Origin: Catajapyx aquilonaris | Taxonomy: Eukaryota | Reading direction: 5' to 3' | Assembly (NCBI GenBank): GCA_000934665.2 | Contig: KZ538083.1 | Location: 1 to 64,000, forward strand | Length of the DNA: 64,000 bases | Shown: one piece after another, positions 12,401 to 23,700 of the stretch | How positions within the stretch are numbered: position 1 is the first letter of the stretch | Layout: every line of letters begins with the position of its first letter | Notes under the pieces: generated by a model | Database searches by the model: none | What the model saw: only the letters and a program-made list of their open reading frames with translations | Told to the model about the DNA's origin: nothing | Program-made: the position numbers and the translations under genes

Positions 12401-12581
12401 CCCACAAACTCTTGGAAAACACATGAAATTTGAGCTGGCTGTAGGAATGAATGGAAGGATTTGGATCCATGGCAGGACAGTTCAAGAAACCATTGCAGTT
12501 GCTCATGCCATAATGATGCTGGAGGATCTCTCAATAGACGAGATTGCAGCGGCATGTAACCAGATAAAGAGAAATGCCTGA
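9472..12581 (+). CDS. EXOSC3: Exosome component RRP40
   Basis: Exons 9472-9663, 11849-11998, 12151-12299, 12377-12581; motifs [53 protein letters not shown]. Confidence 0.95.
10142..11610 (-). CDS. Type I membrane sialomucin-like protein (~252 aa, family not recognised) nested antisense in EXOSC3 intron 1
   Basis: Five exons 11610-11577, 11515-11420, 10895-10482, 10416-10312, 10251-10142 with canonical GT-AG phase-1 introns; 759 nt open. Signal peptide, RKR site, Tyr/Asp-rich segment, Thr/Pro/Ser stalk, TM helix, Cys cluster, C-terminal SYTNF. Confidence 0.82.
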
Positions 12582-12725
12582 TGTTATGACAAATAATGTA
12601 TTTATTGCCATGTATAAATTGCAACACAAAATAGCACATTTTTCAAACCTATTACAAAACATCTACTTTGCAACTTTTATAGGTATGTACAGTATATACA
12701 AGGGGGTGATTTGAGGTTGTCTTGG

Positions 12726-15700
12726 TTAAGCTTGGTTGGCGATGAGCGAAGTACTCGTAGATTCAGGTGTAAGCCTCAGGCGATAGCCATCTGGAAGATT
12801 GCTGTCAATTTTATCCTGGATGCTCTCCCTGTCGATTACCTTCATGTTACAATCGAGTCCATTCAAGATTTCCATTTGTTGGTCGGACAGTTCAAAGTCA
12901 AACACCTGTAACATGATGTTAGTTGCCAGTTTTCTTAAAATATCAGATAAAAATATCTAGTTTGACATCATAAGTTGGAGCAAAATTTACTGGGAAATCT
13001 GATTGAGATCCCTTGCCAACACATATTGAGTTATGTGAGATCTGCTCATAGGACATGCTGCCTGTTTTAGATTTGCTTCTCATTCAGGTAATTTTGCCAA
13101 GCATAAAAATATATGTGATTACTTCCACCGGAAGTGAAACTTGCCTGCGCATTTTCCCAAACTCTGTGCTCCTTGGTCGACTTGGGAATGGTCCCGACCC
13201 CATTCTGGATTGACCATCGAATGAGAACTTGTGCTGTAGTCCTGCCCAATTCCTTGGCAGTCCTGACAATTGGTTCCTTATCCAAGATCCTTCCATTGGC
13301 AAGAGGACAGTAGCCCTGTGGTAATTAACCCCACCGAAAAAGTACACATTACCAAACAGCACCAAAGATATCCATGCACGTGAGCAATTCCAAAGTGCAA
13401 ACAAAACCCATTGTCAATGGCTCACTGGACATAGACTGCAGGCGCCTCTCTCCCGAAGAGGTAGAGGAAGGAGGAGGGTCGTGACGCACCTCGAACTGGA
13501 TCCCATTGTCAGAGCAGAACTTCCTTAGCTCCATAGGATTCTGGTAAGGGTGAAACTCGCATTGGTTCACATGGGGAGGAACACTGCACGTGTCCAGCAG
13601 ATCAGTGAGATGCTCCACCAGGAAGTTGCTGACTCCGATGCTGCGGCATAGTCCTTCATCATACAAGACTTCCAGTGCTCTCCATGTCTCCTCCCTAATG
13701 TGGACAGGGTCACTTTCCATATCCGAGGGGCAGTTAGGCCAATGCATGAGATACATATCTGGGAACAGGGATAATAGAGTTGTGTCAGTTCTTAAAGTTA
13801 ATACTAACTGAGATATTTTAAAAACTACTGAGGCCCAGTAGTATCAGAAAATTTTGTATTGTCATGACTATTTATAGCGCTGTTCCAATGCCCATGGGTT
13901 GCCTGATATAGCATGTTCAAGTGAGGACCACATAATGTTTCACATACATTTTTTTAGATGTGGATAACACAAAAATGTTGGCACAGTAGTTGGTTTACTT
14001 ATAGAACTTGTGTTGTACATCACAAGGTGTACAAAAATGGGGTTTACCTGAGAAAAATGTTTTGATTTTATTTCAAACGCGCATTCTTAACACGCTAAAA
14101 TATTGACAAAGGCAGTGAACATGTACTGTACCCAAGTAGTCCGAGCCCAGACGATTTATAGATCCAATGCAAGCCTGCTTGGTATTCTGGTAACCATAAT
14201 CCCGAGGCCACAGCTTGGTTGCAATAAAGATGTCATCCCGAGGAACTTGACTCTCCTGGAAAGCATCCAGGTAGGGTGTGAGTCATGTCACAACTGATTT
14301 ATCACCAACTCCAGGTGGCACTGACCTGGATGGCTTGCTGCAAAAACTCTTCGCATCCATATCTCTTGGCAGTGTCAATGTGCCTGTAGTGACAGTCTCT
14401 GAGGGCGTAGACCACTGCTGCGTGGTTGTAACCACCACCATGAGACGTACCTGCAAGATCCAAATCTTGTCTTTGTTTACTACTGTCGGAATTTGTAGGG
14501 GTGGTAAAGTGCGACTCCAGATTTTGGTGCCAAGTAAACAAGTTTGGAACTGTTTTTAGACCTGTGCCCTTAATTTCCAATGAGTGCATTGGCTAGTAAA
14601 CACATTTCTTAAAAGCAATATTGAACACTTACAGCAACACAACACGGTATTTCACTCCTGCTTATTTTTGCGGTTGCACAGAGCATCAGGGGTTATACAT
14701 AGGAAGAAGTTACATACAATGTTTTTCAATTGTTCTTGGTTTAGAGGTTTTAGAAAGGGCATATCTTCGGATGGTGTGATTCAAAACATTATTCAACGTT
14801 CCACTTTGCATGTTGCATAATGGACCAGGGAAGGTTACCTTGGGTGATAAATCCATGTATTTTTAAAAGTTTACTGAGCTGCTACACGCCTCCTCCTGTT
14901 CTTGAAAATACATTAGAGAAATCAGTTAGCAGGAGAATATTTTGTGCTTCTATTATTAACAGTATTCGATTACGTGGTGGCAGTACTACACTGCTCTATC
15001 CCTTCAAAAGATAGATGACCTGTCATGCAGCTCGTACAGTATTTCACGCAATTTTTTACTATATAGTGACACTTGTTTTGGCAGGTTTAGTTGCGTGATA
15101 TAGTTACATAACAGAAGTGTAGGCTCAGACCACTCATAAGTAAACATTCTTGCACCTTCAAAATGAATTAGGCAACATTCAATGATGCCCTTTCCTATAT
15201 ATAATTGTGCGAAATACCAAAATCATGCGGATCAGTCAGTCTTACCAAAATGTGCAGCTACCCAATTTGATGAATCAATCAGCTTTTTAAAACCAATTTA
15301 ATCAATAAAAATGCAATTTCATCATGCAACATCTGTTTCAAGGTGAAAATTTCAGTTTCAATTTCCTTGGACTCCTTACAATGACTGATATATTTTCATT
15401 TATTTATTTCATTTATTTACCCTGTGTCAATAACACAATACCGTACGTATGGGTAGCCTACCTGCATATTTGTAACAGGCAAAAGGTGAGTGGTACAATT
15501 TGTTCAATTATAACCAAGCTGTAAAAAGACATGATAGGTGCACATAGGCTCAGTCACTTTGGTCATTTGCTGTATTTTATGATGTTGGGGAATGGGGGTT
15601 AATTTTTGTGAAATGTATCCTTTAAGTCTACTGGCCACCTTGGTCTGTTATAATTACTGTAAAAAACAATCAAAAAAGTTAATAATGCCTGTTTAGAGTA

Positions 15701-16283
15701 ATTTAATAATTAGACACCCTACCTAATTAAACCTACTAGAAATATCAAAACTATTCCAGTTCACCCTAATGCTAGATCCTGTTTCAAGCTAATTTTTACA
15801 GATGTTGCAAGTGCCTTCAGTGAGTTGAACAAGCATCTTGCACAATCCTGTACCCCTCAGTTCATTTTGGAGTTCAGGAAATACTTTGCAAACAGGCGGG
15901 AGAGGCTGAGTTGAGGTTGAACTCATCCTATATCCTCCTGCCCCTGTGCCAAAAATGCTGCGACAACATTCTAAATATGAACCCCTGGCCTGTCAAGGTG
16001 CACCACCAGTTGAAGGATTTTACTACATATTTGCGACGACACCCATTTTATGATTCTGCTCTGATTTATTATGTCCATCTGCTTTTTCATAAGTTATAAC
16101 AACTGTAACATATGTGATGGTGAATTACGAGAGTACCTGTAAGCTGTAATAAATCATGCTCTTCATATCATACATGCAGGATGCCGTGTATTGTGACTCA
16201 CCTAACCCAAGTATTGGTACACGAACTCCATTGGCCAGAACCACGTAGTTAGAATGGGTATCAACAAGACCACCTCCGCCCAT
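12726..16283 (-). CDS. Aldo-keto reductase (ZK1290.5-like subgroup), 6 coding exons
   Basis: Exons 16283-16202, 14450-14326, 14255-14132, 13758-13490, 13315-13145, 12905-12726; motifs LANGVRVPILGLGT, RHIDTAKRY, IATKLW, YLMHWP, SIGVSNF, IPKS, ENAQVFDFEL. Confidence 0.93.
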
Positions 16284-16702
16284 CTTCCTCTTCCTATCTG
16301 CTGAAACAAGTCGTTTCCTTCATCCCCTTGGCTCAAGGGGGGAGGGGGGGTTGGTGGTAGGAGGAGCCAAACCACTCCTGGCAAAAGGGGGCTAACTTTA
16401 ACTCAACTTTTTTGGCTGGGCTCCCACTCACTGGATACATATCTGGGGAGCCCTTGCTCAGCCCAGCTTATCATTACAAAGGCAGACTGGGGGTGGATGT
16501 CACTCAATTTTTCAGGTAAACAGTGCAGGTGTCATGTCCAGGAAGTAAGTTCTTGTCGAGAGATAATTATGAGATATTTTATCACTATACAGGAGCATGA
16601 ACCTCATTGTTTTTATTTGCTCATCCACGCATGACTATATGGGCGGGAGAGATTGAGCAAAATATTTTGAGAAATACTGAGTGCCAATGATTCATTCATA
16701 CT

Positions 16703-16961
16703 ATTGTGACTGGTAGGCTCCAGAAATTTATTGTTATGATTCCAGCACACATTGTTTGATAGCATTATTTGAATACTCTTATCATCAGCCTGATAGTGAA
16801 ATTCTGTAAACATATTATCACAGCTGGAGTGGCACATAAGGCCTGAAATTACTCTACCATGGAAAAATGAGGCAGTGTGTTGCCAGCATCTCCAGTGCAC
16901 AGGTCAATTCGTCCTTCCCGCTGAACCTGCATCCCACCGGAAGGACGTCATGCGACTGAAG
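16703..16961 (+). repeat. Copy 1 of a ~260-bp diverged direct duplication (copy 2 at 20337-20607)
   Basis: Both copies share ATTGTGACTGGTAGGCT...GATTCCAGCAC...CAGGTCAATTCGTCCTTCCCGCTGAACCTGCATCCC.CCGGAAGGACGTCATGCGACTGAAG. Confidence 0.9.
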
Positions 16962-17303
16962 GGAACTAGAGAAGCCATGGAAGCGGTGTACACCCATAAG
17001 GAAGTGTGCTTTGCATTGTACAGTTCAGTTTTAAAATCTAGAATAGCGAGGTACCATGCTAGGGAGTATGAAGGGAAGGAGCAAGCCCCCATGTGCCTGG
17101 AGTGGTGGCGTTCAAAAATAATTTCATTTATCTTTAATTGGCTTCTGAGAAGAATTGCTGCCACGAATTCCACAAATGAATTTTAAAAAAACATTGTTTT
17201 GAGGATATAGCACTATGTTAGTGATCCATTAAGTGGTATTTAAATTTTCAGCTTTCATCCGTTCTGCTTTTGTAGCTGCAATTGGGTCCTAATGTTCTCA
17301 TGG

Positions 17304-17393
17304 GGGGCCGTCCATAATCCGTTTCTGTCCGCAAAGGGGAGGGGGAGGAGGTAAAAAAGTGAAAAAATGTCCGCGCGGATTATGGACGGCCCC
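17304..17393. mobile_element. Short MITE (~90 bp)
   Basis: 18-bp TIR GGGGCCGTCCATAATCCG / CGGATTATGGACGGCCCC; TSD not clean. Confidence 0.7.
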
Positions 17394-18303
17394 TTGGTTG
17401 TTTGTCACTATTTTTGTCGATACAGTATTTTAAAACTAAATTTTTCTCTCGTTTCTTATTGGGAAAATGTTCAGAAAATGCAATTGGAACTGACATTCTT
17501 CTCGGGTCTCAGGAGGCGTAACGAAACAAGGCCCATCCACATGGCCCTCGAAAGATATACAGTACCAGCACGCCTATGTCCTTTCCAGGTGTATACAAGC
17601 AAACCTGAGATGCCAAGGTGGCAAAATATTGCATGGTGTCCACTAATGTTTCTGACCTATAGTTTGTCTCCACACAGTGCCTTTGACGCCAGCAAAATTG
17701 GTTTTACAGAAAAACTGATCAGTGCATTATGTTGAAATGACTTGTGAGTTGTGAGTTATGCCACATCGCACTGTACCATTTTTGCAAGAAGATTAAACAA
17801 CAGAAACAAATAGGCGTTCCCACATGTGGGCTATTTGGCTTACAATCGTATAACTGACGACGCTCGAGAAGAATAAAATCATGTAAGAAATGTCAAGTCC
17901 TTGTACAGAGTGTTACAACGATATATCTCACGTGATATAGAGAGAAATAGCCATTATTTTCTGCACCAAAGCTTCTTAACAACTTTGACGAAAATTTATA
18001 TGAATCAAAATCCATTCTCTTGTAATAGTCTACTTACCTGCTGGATAATTCAAATATATGGAGACTGAAATAAGTAGGCCTTAATCTATGTTACGACAAT
18101 TGTCGAGAATATGAGTGGGTGTAAATGGCTGTTCCATATTACATTTACTACATAAATGGGTGTAATTATATTGGTTTGAGTGAACAAAATATGTTATTCA
18201 AAGGCTTTATTGCTATTGCAGCTTTTTAGCTGTGATAAGGCGTTTTGCCTCTGAACCATCCTTGAGGACCTCCCACCACTTTCTCCTCGTTCCTCCCCTC
18301 CAG

Positions 18304-19762
18304 ATTGCTAAAGTGAAGCCAAATCACTTGGGATGAAAGTATTCCACTTGTCCTCATGGCTTATCGGAGTGCGGTACAGGAATCAACAAGGGAAACTCCA
18401 TTTTATCTGACACATGGGAGGGATATGGAGTTGCCGTTCGATGATGTCTTGTGTAGTACAAGACCTGAGTACGCTGCGGGAGACAACTATAAAGCGGACT
18501 TGTCATTACGCCTCAGAAAAGCCTATGACCTTGTGAAGAACCGGCTGAACATTGCTTTCGAAAAACAAAAGCTATATCATGATCAGAAGGCAATAGACAG
18601 ACAAATTGGGGAAGGAGATCTAGTGCTACTCCACAACCCCCAATGCCCGTCAGGACTTAGCCCAAAATTAAGATCTCCTTGGATGGGGCCATTTCGTGTC
18701 AAGGCACAAACGAGTGAGGTTAACTTCGTCATTCAAGACGTCCATCACTCAAAAACCCAACTGGTACACATCGACAGACTGCGGCTTTTCCACCCAAGGG
18801 AACCATTTCCTGGGATCAAGAGTTTATCTGTCGAGGCCCATTGCGAAGAAGAGACGACACTGATGGGAGAAGAGGACATCCCGACTACTAAAGGACATGA
18901 GACGACCCCCCAATCGGTACCTGACATCCCTTGGACATGGCTCTACGACGGGATTCAGCAGGATGAGAGACAGCCGGACATCAGTCCTGAGCCGGACACC
19001 AGTCATGAAACAAATAGCAGATACCTCTTGCAGATACCCATTAAGGAGTCAGTGCCAGGTGCCAGACATACCCTGGGTGATGCCAACACCAAAGCGGGTC
19101 CACCACTGACGAGAAGATGCGGGACCATGAACAGATGATGTACAACTGACGGCCTGGGGCCAAGAAGAAGACGTCGGAAGAAGTTTTTGTTATTGTGTGT
19201 TATTGAGTTATTGTGATTTGAGTATTGGAGTTAAATGTTGGGGAAATCAGAACAGAGAACAGACCAATCCTTCAGAAGGTTTCTTGTTCGACTTGATAGT
19301 AGAGGAATAAGAAAGATGAGAGCATAAAAAAGAGAACGCGCCTATCATGCAGAAGGCAGCTAGTTCAATAATGGATGAGGAGGAGGTTGAGAGACGATGT
19401 TAAGAGATGATTAGTTGATGATGAGGATGCGATAGGGACTTGTCTTTGATAAGGCGAGGTGTTCCGTGTTAAAGGAACACCTCTCTTATTTTAAAGGGGG
19501 GACGAATGTGATGTACAGAATTATGTTGGCAATGGTGTGTAATTGAAAAGAGCGTTGCTGGGTTTTTTGGAGAGAGTGATTGTTGTGGGAGTGAGAGTGG
19601 AAGGTGGAGGGCTGTGTGAGTGACAGAAGGATAGGTGTACTGGAAGTGGAATTGAGTGGCAATAAACCGGTACAAGTGNAGTTGAGGAACAGCTGAAGGA
19701 GTGACTCCTGCCGTCCGTCCACTCTGGAGAGTCCGGACCGAACCGGATGAAGTTCCGTCACA
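18304..19762 (+). mobile_element. 5'-truncated Ty3/Gypsy LTR retrotransposon (integrase C-terminus, PPT, 3' LTR)
   Basis: ORF 18356-19138: AYRSAVQESTRETPFYLTHGR, QKLYHD, GDLVLL, KLRSPWMGPFRV (GPY/F), VHIDRLR. Polypurine tract AAAGGGGGGACGAA at ~19493-19506; LTR TGTGA...TCACA at 19507-19762 containing AATAAA. Confidence 0.9.
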
Positions 19763-19776
19763 GAATCAATTTTTTG

Positions 19777-19816
19777 TGTACCATTATGGTTATGTTACCA
19801 TAACCATAATGGTACA
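19777..19816. repeat. Perfect 18-bp-stem hairpin
   Basis: TGTACCATTATGGTTATG-TTAC-CATAACCATAATGGTACA. Confidence 0.9.
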
Positions 19817-20336
19817 GACTGCAACAAACACCCCCCCCATAAAAGATCCAGCTAATAAACCATTCTGTTAACCAATTAACATCCTAGCCCCCCAACTAAT
19901 CGATTAACCAATAAATCAATCAACCAACCAGCACCTCATTTAATAAATGGAACAACAAAGAAAAAATCAACCCTCCGAACTTCCAATCTCCAACCAACCA
20001 GACAAGTAATCCCTTACTGTTACTAGCAAGTCATAAGTGTTTAACCAATCATCATTCAAAAAACCAGCATATAAACCCTTGGGAATACTATTCTCAGCCC
20101 TACAAACACTAATACTAACACCCAGCACAAAGTTGACTTGATCAACACCACGATCAACTACACCATCTTGTAAAGTACGTTAAATGCGGAAGTAAGATCT
20201 CTGGGTTACATTTACCCATATGGTGAAGATCTTACGCAGCCCAGTCTTGTTTCAGTAATTTCTATCCGTCGCTTAGATCTTACTTTCCTTTTTTTATACA
20301 ATTCCATAGGGATTGTTTTTTGTGATAATGCTAAAA

Positions 20337-20607
20337 ATTGTGACTGGTAGGCTGCAGAAATTTTTTGTTATGATTCCAGCACGTACATTGTTTGATAGCA
20401 TTATTTGACTCTTATCATCCGCCTGATAGTGAAATTTTGTAAACAGATAATAATCGCAGCTGGAAGGGCAGATAAGGCTTGAAATTACTCCACCATCAGA
20501 AATGATCAGCATCAGACAGTGTAGTGTTGCGTCTGTTGCCATCAGCAGGTCAATTCGTCCTTCCCGCTGAACCTGCATCCCGCCGGAAGGACGTCATGCG
20601 ACTGAAG
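20337..20607 (+). repeat. Copy 2 of the ~260-bp duplication, in the mucolipin promoter region
   Basis: Aligns to 16703-16961 with substitutions and small indels. Confidence 0.9.
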
Positions 20608-20621
20608 AGAAGTCATGTGAC
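20593..20621. promoter_or_regulatory. CLEAR/M-box-like sites (Mitf/TFEB) upstream of mucolipin
   Basis: GTCATGTGAC at 20612-20621 and degenerate GTCATGCGAC at 20593-20602, ~120 bp before the first ATG of a lysosomal channel gene. Confidence 0.55.
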
Positions 20622-20742
20622 CAGCTGCTGAGAGAGGAGGAGGGAAGCCATATCTAACCACAAAAGAGTTGTCTGGTCTGGAGCAGCTGACTTGAGCGTT
20701 ATTATATTTATTTTTAAACCGTGGAATTAGACCCTGAGGTGC

Positions 20743-23700
20743 ATGTCTCGTCGCTCATGCGTTGTGCATGAACGCAGCAGCAGCAGGGCAGGCATGTCGC
20801 AGGGATGCAGCACCGTGGACGAGGTGGACCGATGCACCGCACCTCCTGATGCAGCCGGTACCAGGCAAAGGCATCAGAGCCAGCCTCCAGGTGGTGAGGA
20901 TGTGCCAAGATGGATAACACTAGGGCCGGACGACGATGACGAGCTGCTTAACCTGGAGGTTGAGCACCACCAGACCAATGATGTGTATGGTGCGTTCAGG
21001 TTCAACCAGCTATCAGCCGAATGTGGCCTGTTGCATAATGCACGCAGCACTTTATCTACATACAAGTGAAATGAATGTGAAATTCTGCAACAATACTGTA
21101 AAAGTACCATGCAAATGTGGGCATTGCTGTACTGCACATTGCCCCCTCTGGGACACCGTGGTTCTTTCATCCAACCAATTCTGCTGCCGATTACTGTCAA
21201 AATTATTGTCATAAGTATGTAAATTTCACATGAACATGCACATTGTGCATATCAGGATGTATCCGTCTTATTCTTGGTTTGATGTGGACTGCAGGTTGGA
21301 CAGAAAACTAGTCCAGGGGCAATGTTATGCTCAAGTATGAATTGAAAGTGGGACACTGTTCAGAGCCTTTTTGAATTGCAGGAGCAACTCACTGTTGCAA
21401 CACATGTGGCATTGCATTTTCAATGACAGATAGGGGACGTCTCATCTTAGACTTAGAGGGTTGTCTGGGCTGCAGAAATGCATTATCTCAGGGGTCTTTG
21501 TGTGGTGTGACTAGGGGTAGATAAGATTAGGAGAGAGGATGTTGTTGAATGGTCGGATTATTTTATTTTTACAAATCAGATGGGGTAAATAATTGCCCGT
21601 AATTGCCAGTAAGTGATCCACATACATTTGCATGCCAGAAATTCCAGAAGTACAGTACCGTTCATGAAGAATGGTACAACTATATGGACGAAATGTTTAT
21701 CCTGTTGTCAACACCTGGGTCGCCAGTATGTTTTTAGTGGTCATGAGGAAGTCCAGGAAAAGGGAATCTAAATAAAATAAAGGAGGAAAGAAAAAAACAA
21801 AAAACAAAAGTAGGAAAATTTTAGGGGGGAAATTCACATGAAAGCTACGTAACCATTGCACCTGGTTGATTATTTAGGCAATTGAAATTTTATTTAAAAA
21901 TTTGGATGTGGTATACGAGTCACCAGAGGTCCAGAAAAGGTTGCCCATAGGGTTTCGTTGAAATAAGGTTGGGAATATTGCTGGATAATCAGGATAAACA
22001 TTACTTCCATAAAGTCGTGCCATTCTTTATGAATGAGACTGTACATCAGCTTGCTAAGTACATACTTCTTGAATATTTTTTGGAAGAGTACAAAGGCACT
22101 TTCTGAATTTTGCAATTGTTCATTTGAATAAAAGTTGTAAAACATATCATGTGACATTTGTGCATACAGGGTGTTTTGTTTGTCAATGACGAGGTTATCT
22201 GGGGAACACTTTTTTCATCAGAGATCATTTAATTATTGACAATCTAAAGCAGTAATATGTTACAGTTCACTAAGAACTGACATTTCAGTTACATTAGTAT
22301 TCATGACATCACAAATATAGTATTTTTTTGGACATGTCTAAGTTGCTAATTAGTTTTACGAGGGTATGACATAGAAACTCACATCACAAACCTGATTGTC
22401 CTGATGGAAACCACTATCTTGTTCAGAAGGAATGAAGTGAACCACTTCTTCCCTGCAATTTCCAGATATGTCTATGCTAATTTTGCTTAGGGTATGAGTG
22501 GCTCTCAAATATATGTCAACAAGCTGCCTTGTTGATGTGTACGTGAGATCTAGCCATGCCCTCGACAAAATTGGCTTAGGTGCATCTGGGAATCACAGCG
22601 CATCAGTGCTTGATCGGGTTAAATGGACTAGAAAAAGAGGGTATTAAAGTAGTAGGCGTATTAGCTAGGACTTAAGTCTGCCTTGCCCCTCTAGGGGTTA
22701 ATCCAGATAATCACTCCCAACGCAGCAGGAAAACTCGAGAATACATCATTTCTGGGGAATCCGTTACGTAGATACATGTTGCAGACAAACTGGAGACTTT
22801 GGAGTATGACGTTGCATTGCGTGAGATGTGAAATTCTTAACAGGTTGTAATGATGCTGGGCTAATCCAATTCTGTTTATTGCAAGGGGAAGGGATTAGAG
22901 AGAAAACCCATTGACGTCCAGAGGCACGTAACCCGATTTTCCTCGACTCACCTTGGGATATAGAGCTGGAAATATCCTGTTCCAGAACCTATTTGGGCGT
23001 GCCTTAGAAACAAAAAGAGGAGGGGTTGGGGGAATGCTTCTGTATATATATATGAGCTGTCATTCTGACCCAGGACAACCTGAATCTTCAACGAATGGAC
23101 CGCCTGTTCGTATCCAGTCATCAACGTCTACAACTGACCTCCTCAACATCAACATGGGCAACGAGGTCAATTTTTACACGTTCCCAACGGTTCAAGCATC
23201 GAGCGGAAATGAGCACCTGAAGGACCGGATGCGTGCCAGGCTGCGCTTCTTCTTCATGAACCCCGTTGAGAAGTGGCAGGCCAAAGGGCGTTTTCCATAC
23301 AAGCTGCTGGTGCAGATCTTCAAGGTGTTCTTGGTCACCTTGCAACTGTGCCTCTTTGCATCGTACCGATATGCACATGTTAACTATGTGTGGGACAACA
23401 AGATCACCTTCTCACACCTGTTCGTAAAGGACTGGGATCCTGCCAGAGAAGTCAGCAACTACCCGCCAAGCATGGGTCCTTTGGCAGTGTACAAGAGAGA
23501 GGACTTCTACGAGTACCTGGACTATGCAGTCAATGGGGTAAGTCTATTTGCCATGGTTACATTTATATAAAAAAGTAACATTAGTTATCCCACTATCTTG
23601 TTCAAGATCTGACGTGCCTCCTTTTACATGTTTATATGTATATTGATTTTATTTTCAGTATATAAACATCTCTGATGTGTCGCTAAGTCCATTTTCATAT

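Noticed and set aside
16703..20607. The 260-bp direct repeats as LTRs of the Gypsy element
   Set aside because: No TG...CA ends, PBS or adjacent PPT; the real LTR is 19507-19762 and has no 5' partner.
21894..22952. Minus-strand nested coding gene in mucolipin intron 1
   Set aside because: Splice-like signals and 60-90 codon ORFs exist, but the joins I tried hit stops; non-coding exons cannot be excluded.
22953..23073. ORF-track N-terminus of mucolipin
   Set aside because: Non-ATG start in intronic sequence; an acceptor at 23073 and an upstream exon fit better.
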